Shown piece after piece: positions 27,324 through 32,000 of a stretch of DNA of 32,000 nucleotides; position 1 is the first letter of the stretch, and each line of letters begins with the position of its first letter. The notes beneath the pieces were generated by a model. The model had not been told where the DNA came from and searched no databases. It was given only the letters and a program-made list of their open reading frames with translations. Position numbers and translations under genes: made by a program. This stretch comes from Archaeoglobus fulgidus DSM 4304. GTDB taxonomy: Archaea > Halobacteriota > Archaeoglobi > Archaeoglobales > Archaeoglobaceae. The stretch lies in NCBI RefSeq assembly GCF_000008665.1, contig NC_000917.1:960001-992000 (forward strand). The letters are read 5' to 3'.

Positions 27324-29732
27324 ATGTTTGAATTGAAAAAAGGAGCACTTTTTGTAGATGAAATGAAAAACGTCAGCATCCGCATAGGCAAAGTTGTTGA
27401 GGAAGAGGAAGAAGTATGGGAGGAGGCTGGCCCTACACCAAAGCCCGGAATTCTTGAGCTGAGGAAGTGGGATCACAAGCTGCTTGAGCGCTATGAACCC
27501 TTCTACGCCCCGATGCAGGACTTCTGCAACCTCTGCACAATGGGGCCATGCGATTTGTCAATGAACAAGAGGGGAGCCTGCGGCATAGATCTGAAAACTG
27601 CAAAGGCAAGACTTGTGACTATTGCATGCTGCATTGGTGCCTCAGCCCACACAGCCCATGCGAGGCATCTGGTTGACCACCTCATTGAGGAGTTTGGAGA
27701 GGACTTCCCCATTGATCTGGGAGGGGATGTGAACGTTGAGGCCCCAATCATAAGAACAGTCGTGGGAATCAAACCGAAAACGCTGGGAGATTTAAGAGAG
27801 GCTCTGAACTGGGCCGAAAAGGAGATTGTGAAGGTTCTCCACTCAACCCACATAGGAAATGAGGAAAGCCTGCTCGACTACGAGAGCAAGGCGATGCACG
27901 TCAGCATGGCAGACCACGTAGGAATGGAGGTTGCAGACATTGCTCAGATTGTGGCTTACAACTTCCCCAAGGCTGAGCCAGATACGCCGCTCGTTGATAC
28001 TGGATTTGGCATCGTCGACAAATCCAAGCCAACGATTGTAGTTGTAGGGCACAACGTCATGTACGCAAGACCTGTTGCCGACTACTTGGAGGAAATGGGC
28101 AGAATTGACGACTTCGAGCTTGCGGGGCTTTGCTGCACAGCCCACGACATGACGAGATACAACGCCAAGGCAAAGATTTTCGGGCCCATCAGCTACCAGC
28201 TGAGAGTTATAAGGGCAGGAATTCCTGACGTCATGATCAGCGACGAGCAGTGTATCAGGGCTGATTTGCTCGAAGCATGCAAGAAGATGGGCATACCGCT
28301 CATAGCAACGAGCGATGCTGCCGCTCGCGGATTGCCGGATGTGAGCGACTGGCCCGTTGAGAAGATTGTTGATGCCCTCGTCAGCGGAAAGCTGCCCGGA
28401 GTTTTCCTGCCCATTCCTGAGAAAGTGGGGCAGGTTGCACCGCTTGTTGCTGAGGCAATATTCAAGAAGCACGGCGGAGAGAGGAAGTACAAGTTCTTCG
28501 AGAGTGATGAAGCTCTGATGGAGGAGATTAACAAGTGCACTCAGTGCATGAACTGTGTCTTCACCTGCCCGCACAGCCTTAGAGTTGATCAGGGAATGGC
28601 TCACGCGCAGAAAACGGGAGATTTGAGCAAGCTCGCACAGCTTGAGGAGCAGTGCCTTGCGTGCATGAAGTGCGAGCAGGCTTGTCCAAAGAACATCAAA
28701 ATCATAAACGTCATCATGAGGGCAAACTACGACAGGCTATACAACAAGACGGGCAAGACGAGGGTTGGAAGAGGGCCTATTCAGGACACGGAAATCAGGA
28801 AGGTCGGGCAGCCAATCGTATTCGGCCAGATTCCGGGAGTTATCGCTGCTGTTGGATGTATAAACTTCCCGGACGAGATGAAGTCAATCAGGGAGATTCT
28901 TGAGGAGTTCCTGAAGAGGCGCTACATCGTCGTCACTTCAGGCTGCCACGCGATGGACATTGGAATGATAAAGGACGAGGAAGGAAAGACACTCTACGAG
29001 AAGTATCCGGGCAACTTTGATGCAGGAGGGCTTGTAAACACGGGAAGCTGTGTTGCCAACTCCCACATTGCGGGGGCTGCAATAAAGATTGCCAACATCT
29101 TCGCCATGAGGCCACTGAGAGGTAACTATGCAGAAATTGCCGACTACGTGCTGAACAGGGTTGGTGCCGTCGGATTTTCATGGGGTCCCTACAGCCATAA
29201 GGCTGCATCAATTGCAACGGGCTTCAACAGGCTTGGTGTGCCTGTTGTCGTAGGTCCTCACGGCACGAAATACAGGAGGGCTTACATCGGAAAGCCGTGG
29301 AAGAAGGACAAGTGGTGGGTTTACGACATAAAGAGCAGGCAGAAGGTCTTCATCGAGCCAGCTCCAGACTCGCTGCTGGTTGCCGTTGAAACCAAGGAGG
29401 AGGCAATTGTCCAGCTGGCAAGGCTATGCATAAGGCCCAACGACACCAATCAGGGCAGGCAGATTAAGCTCACCCATTACATCGAGCTTCACCAGAAGTA
29501 CTACGGCGATTTGCCCGACGACTGGGCGGTGTATGTGAGAAGCGAGGCTGATTTGCCGTTGAAGATGAGAGACCAGCTGCTGAAGGTTCTTGAGGAGCAG
29601 TATGGCTGGAAGATTGACTGGGACAAGAAGAAGATTGTCGAGGGGCCAGTAAGGCACTTTGATGCTGGATTCAACCCAACGATAGTTGAAGAGGTGTATG
29701 AGAAGTATGCTGGAGAGAAGGCACCGAGGTGA
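27324..29732 (+). CDS. cdhA: acetyl-CoA decarbonylase/synthase (CODH/ACS) complex alpha subunit
   Basis: About 802 aa. CNLCTMGPCDL...GACGI cluster motifs. Two ferredoxin-type motifs: CTQCMNCVFTCPH and CLACMKCEQACPK. ...GSCVANSHI. The start is placed at the ATG preceded by a strong Shine-Dalgarno rather than the TTG at 27309. Confidence 0.95.
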   Translation: MFELKKGALFVDEMKNVSIRIGKVVEEEEEVWEEAGPTPKPGILELRKWDHKLLERYEPFYAPMQDFCNLCTMGPCDLSMNKRGACGIDLKTAKARLVTIACCIGASAHTAHARHLVDHLIEEFGEDFPIDLGGDVNVEAPIIRTVVGIKPKTLGDLREALNWAEKEIVKVLHSTHIGNEESLLDYESKAMHVSMADHVGMEVADIAQIVAYNFPKAEPDTPLVDTGFGIVDKSKPTIVVVGHNVMYARPVADYLEEMGRIDDFELAGLCCTAHDMTRYNAKAKIFGPISYQLRVIRAGIPDVMISDEQCIRADLLEACKKMGIPLIATSDAAARGLPDVSDWPVEKIVDALVSGKLPGVFLPIPEKVGQVAPLVAEAIFKKHGGERKYKFFESDEALMEEINKCTQCMNCVFTCPHSLRVDQGMAHAQKTGDLSKLAQLEEQCLACMKCEQACPKNIKIINVIMRANYDRLYNKTGKTRVGRGPIQDTEIRKVGQPIVFGQIPGVIAAVGCINFPDEMKSIREILEEFLKRRYIVVTSGCHAMDIGMIKDEEGKTLYEKYPGNFDAGGLVNTGSCVANSHIAGAAIKIANIFAMRPLRGNYAEIADYVLNRVGAVGFSWGPYSHKAASIATGFNRLGVPVVVGPHGTKYRRAYIGKPWKKDKWWVYDIKSRQKVFIEPAPDSLLVAVETKEEAIVQLARLCIRPNDTNQGRQIKLTHYIELHQKYYGDLPDDWAVYVRSEADLPLKMRDQLLKVLEEQYGWKIDWDKKKIVEGPVRHFDAGFNPTIVEEVYEKYAGEKAPR

Positions 29733-30283
29733 TGGAAATGGCGGTAGCTAAGGAGGAGAAGTTTCCGACAGCAAAGCGCTTTGACATTGCCGACATACAG
29801 GTGAGCAGGGAAGCGACTGCGGTAAAGCCAAAGGTTGTTGCCAACATGATTAAGAGGGCAAAGAGGCCTCTGCTTGTAACAGGCGGACAGCTGCTGAAGG
29901 ATGAGAAGCTGGTGGAGTTTGCAGTGAAGTTCGCTGAAAAAGGGATTCCGATAGCAGCAACGGCAGGCTCAAGCAAACCTTTGATTGAGAGAGGTATAAA
30001 ACCCGTCTCCAAGACCTACACTCTCCACCAGATAACCCAGTTCCTGCAGGATGAGGAGTTTCAGGGCTTTGATGGCAATGGAAACTATGACACAGTAATT
30101 TTCCTCGGCTTCCTCCCGTACTACCTCTCAAGGATGCTGTCATCGCTGAAGCACTTCTCCAAGATTACAACCATAGCCATAGACGAGTTCTACCAGCCGC
30201 ACGCAAAGTTCAGCTTTACCAATCTAACGAAGGACAGAGAGCTCTACTACAGCATGCTTCAGGAGGTTCTCGACAACCTTTAA
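29729..30283 (+). CDS. cdhB: CODH/ACS complex epsilon subunit
   Basis: 184 aa. ATGA overlap with cdhA. ...AVKPKVVANMIKRAKRPLLVTGGQ...FLGF is the typical CdhB pattern. Confidence 0.9.
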   Translation: MMEMAVAKEEKFPTAKRFDIADIQVSREATAVKPKVVANMIKRAKRPLLVTGGQLLKDEKLVEFAVKFAEKGIPIAATAGSSKPLIERGIKPVSKTYTLHQITQFLQDEEFQGFDGNGNYDTVIFLGFLPYYLSRMLSSLKHFSKITTIAIDEFYQPHAKFSFTNLTKDRELYYSMLQEVLDNL

Positions 30284-30307
30284 TTCTTTTTTATTTTATG
30301 AAAGCCT

Positions 30308-30547
30308 ATGTCGGTTATGGATGAGAAGGCAAAGGCAATGCTGATGCTCGGCGTGCTGAACGATGCCTTTGGCGATATCAGGAACATGATTTACTACCTT
30401 CAGGATTTCATTTACTCGCATCCCGACTGGGCGGAGGATTTTGAGAAATTGGGTTTGAATGACGTGCTTAATGCGGCGAGGGAGCTGGAAAAACTCACGC
30501 TGGAGAAAATGGATTTGCTTAAGAGGATAGCTGAGGGAAAGGAGTAA
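30308..30547 (+). CDS. 79-aa helical hypothetical protein
   Basis: ORF only. Co-oriented with cdhAB and the downstream genes. No recognisable motif. Confidence 0.4.
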   Translation: MSVMDEKAKAMLMLGVLNDAFGDIRNMIYYLQDFIYSHPDWAEDFEKLGLNDVLNAARELEKLTLEKMDLLKRIAEGKE

Positions 30548-30577
30548 AAAATTTAAAATACAACACAAAATATTAAT

Positions 30578-31126
30578 GTGTACTGTGGAATAGATGTCGG
30601 GCTCAAGAAGTGCCATGCAGCTTTGATTTCTGACAGGCTTGAGTTTGTTGGGGATTACACTGAGCTTGATCTGGATAATGTTAGGGTTACTGGAATAGAT
30701 GCGCCTCTCAGCTTCCCAGCAAAAGGCTCGCTGAGGGAGTGCGAGAGGCTGCTTTTGAAAATGGGAATCAGGCTTTTCCCCTCAGGAGCACCCTTTTTCA
30801 GGGGGATTGCGCTTAGAGGAATGGAGATTGCGGAAGAGCTGAGGAGTAAGGGCGTGGAGGTTTACGAGGTTTACCCCTACGCAACGAGGGTGATTCTTAA
30901 CATCGCTCCGAAGGCGAAGAAGCATACAAAAAGCGGGCTTGAGGAGATAAGGGCAGAGCTTTCGAGATGGGTGGAGATTCCAGAGCTTTCGCATGATGAG
31001 GTTGATGCGGTAATAGCTGCGCTGACAGTAAAGCTGTTCTCCGAGGGCATGGGAGTGAAGCTGGAGGGGATTGACGGCTCCATTGTGGTGCCAAAGGGCA
31101 GAGTGCAGCTTAGCCTGAATCCATAA
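30578..31126 (+). CDS. DUF429-like protein (predicted RNase H-fold enzyme)
   Basis: GTG start. (M)YCGIDVGLKKCHAALI...VTGIDAPLSFP...YEVYPYAT...HDEVDAVIAALT is the pattern of DUF429, from memory. Confidence 0.55.
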   Translation: MYCGIDVGLKKCHAALISDRLEFVGDYTELDLDNVRVTGIDAPLSFPAKGSLRECERLLLKMGIRLFPSGAPFFRGIALRGMEIAEELRSKGVEVYEVYPYATRVILNIAPKAKKHTKSGLEEIRAELSRWVEIPELSHDEVDAVIAALTVKLFSEGMGVKLEGIDGSIVVPKGRVQLSLNP

Positions 31127-31156
31127 ACTTTAAATCAGAACTGCCAGAGGCTTACC

Positions 31157-32000
31157 ATGAAAATTTCACCCCTCTGCCCCTCATGCCTTCTCGGCAGGGT
31201 TTACTACGAAGCGAAGCTTGTCACTGACGATGAGGATTTAATCTCACAATGCGTTGATGAGTCCCTTAAAATTCTCGCCGAGAACTACTCATCACGCCCG
31301 ATAAACGCTCACCTTGCAACGCGAATCCACAGGAGGGTTTACGAGATTCTCGGCGTTGAAGATCCTTACGCGGAGGTGAAGGCCAGAGCCAACGAGGTGG
31401 CGAGGCAGGTTCTACCTCTTGCAAAAGAAATCGTTGAAGGCTCCGACGACCCCTTCAAGACTGCTGTGATAGTCTCTATAGTGGGAAACAATTTTGATTA
31501 CGGCGTGCAGGGGCACAAAGTTGTTGAGGAGGAGTTCAGGGATTTCCTCAAGAGAAAAGTTCAAGAAGGGCTGAAGATTAACGACACCGAAAGAATAAAG
31601 GAGCTAAGCAGTGGAAAGGTTGTTTATCTGACCGACAACGCGGGTGAGATTTTCTTCGACACCCTCTTAATGAAAGAGATTAAGAGGCGCTGCGAGAAGC
31701 TGACTGCTGTGGTGAGGGGCAGGCCAATCATCAGCGACGCCACCATTGAAGATGCGAGGCTGGCGAGAGTTGATAAGATAGCAGACGAGCTACTGACAAA
31801 CGGGAAGGGGGCTATAGGCATAATAATGGACGAGCTTCCCGACGAAACCAGAAAAGCCTTAGAGGAAGCTGATTTGATTGTTGCGAAGGGAATGGCCAAC
31901 TACGAGTGCCTTTCTGATGGCAGCTTAAAGCCGATAGCTTTCCTTTTAACAGCAAAATGCGAGCCTGTTGCGAGAGACATTGGCGTTAACGTTGGAGATA
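31157..32000 (+). CDS. DUF89-family protein (ARMT1-like damage-control phosphatase fold); the 3' end is outside the window
   Basis: ATG 31157. MKISPLCPSCLLGRVYYEAKL...VIVSIVGNNFDYG...YLTDNAGEIFFDTLL...DLIVAKGMANYECL. The DNAGE and KG.ANYE motifs are typical of DUF89. Absent from the ORF track because there is no stop in the window. Confidence 0.75.
   Translation, partial: MKISPLCPSCLLGRVYYEAKLVTDDEDLISQCVDESLKILAENYSSRPINAHLATRIHRRVYEILGVEDPYAEVKARANEVARQVLPLAKEIVEGSDDPFKTAVIVSIVGNNFDYGVQGHKVVEEEFRDFLKRKVQEGLKINDTERIKELSSGKVVYLTDNAGEIFFDTLLMKEIKRRCEKLTAVVRGRPIISDATIEDARLARVDKIADELLTNGKGAIGIIMDELPDETRKALEEADLIVAKGMANYECLSDGSLKPIAFLLTAKCEPVARDIGVNVGD

Noticed and set aside
27503-30143. Minus-strand ORFs up to 253 aa inside cdhA/cdhB.
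   Set aside because: They are antisense shadows of a very well-supported CODH/ACS alpha/epsilon gene pair.

Overview
This is a euryarchaeal chromosomal window. The gene content (archaellum operon, Mer, CODH/ACS CdhAB, Alba, many copies of the DUF104 antitoxin family) looks like an Archaeoglobus-type genome. That assignment is from memory; no search was run.

Layout:
- 1-15.5 kb: end of an archaellum operon (FlaG/F-like fragment, FlaD/E, two archaellins), trmY, ccdA, tRNA-Ala(CGC), a decayed relBE module, a solo HerA-like ATPase, an overlapping ATP-grasp + NYN pair, a CheY-like receiver, a GNAT-ABC ATPase fusion (COG2401-type) divergent from an ASCH protein across a 33-bp gap, mer, albA, DUF371, and a paaK-like / 29-aa ORF / Na-solute symporter operon.
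- 15.6-23.8 kb: a visibly AT-richer accessory island bounded by transposase remnants. It holds 12 co-oriented type II toxin-antitoxin modules (7 DUF104-PIN vapBC, 4 relBE-like, 1 hicAB).
- 23.8-32 kb: an AT-rich archaeal pilin-like gene, manC, tRNA-Arg(TCG), two-subunit class I fumarate hydratase, cdhA-cdhB, a 79-aa ORF, DUF429, and a partial DUF89 gene.

Most interesting signals:
1. The TA array has a mosaic structure. A 20-nt BRE/TATA-like box sits exactly 16 nt upstream of near-identical first ~26 antitoxin codons, toxin 3' ends are conserved at the DNA level, and the centres are divergent. This suggests a recombining cassette array.
2. Lesions are biased toward toxin genes. Seven of 13 toxins in the window are clearly broken and an eighth probably is, against only 1 of 13 antitoxins, while every long housekeeping ORF is intact.
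3. The GNAT-ABC ATPase / ASCH pair shares a crossed, leaderless bidirectional promoter. I propose, speculatively, that it is an ATP-dependent acyl writer plus reader/eraser pair.

No CRISPR array, rRNA or intact IS element was seen.
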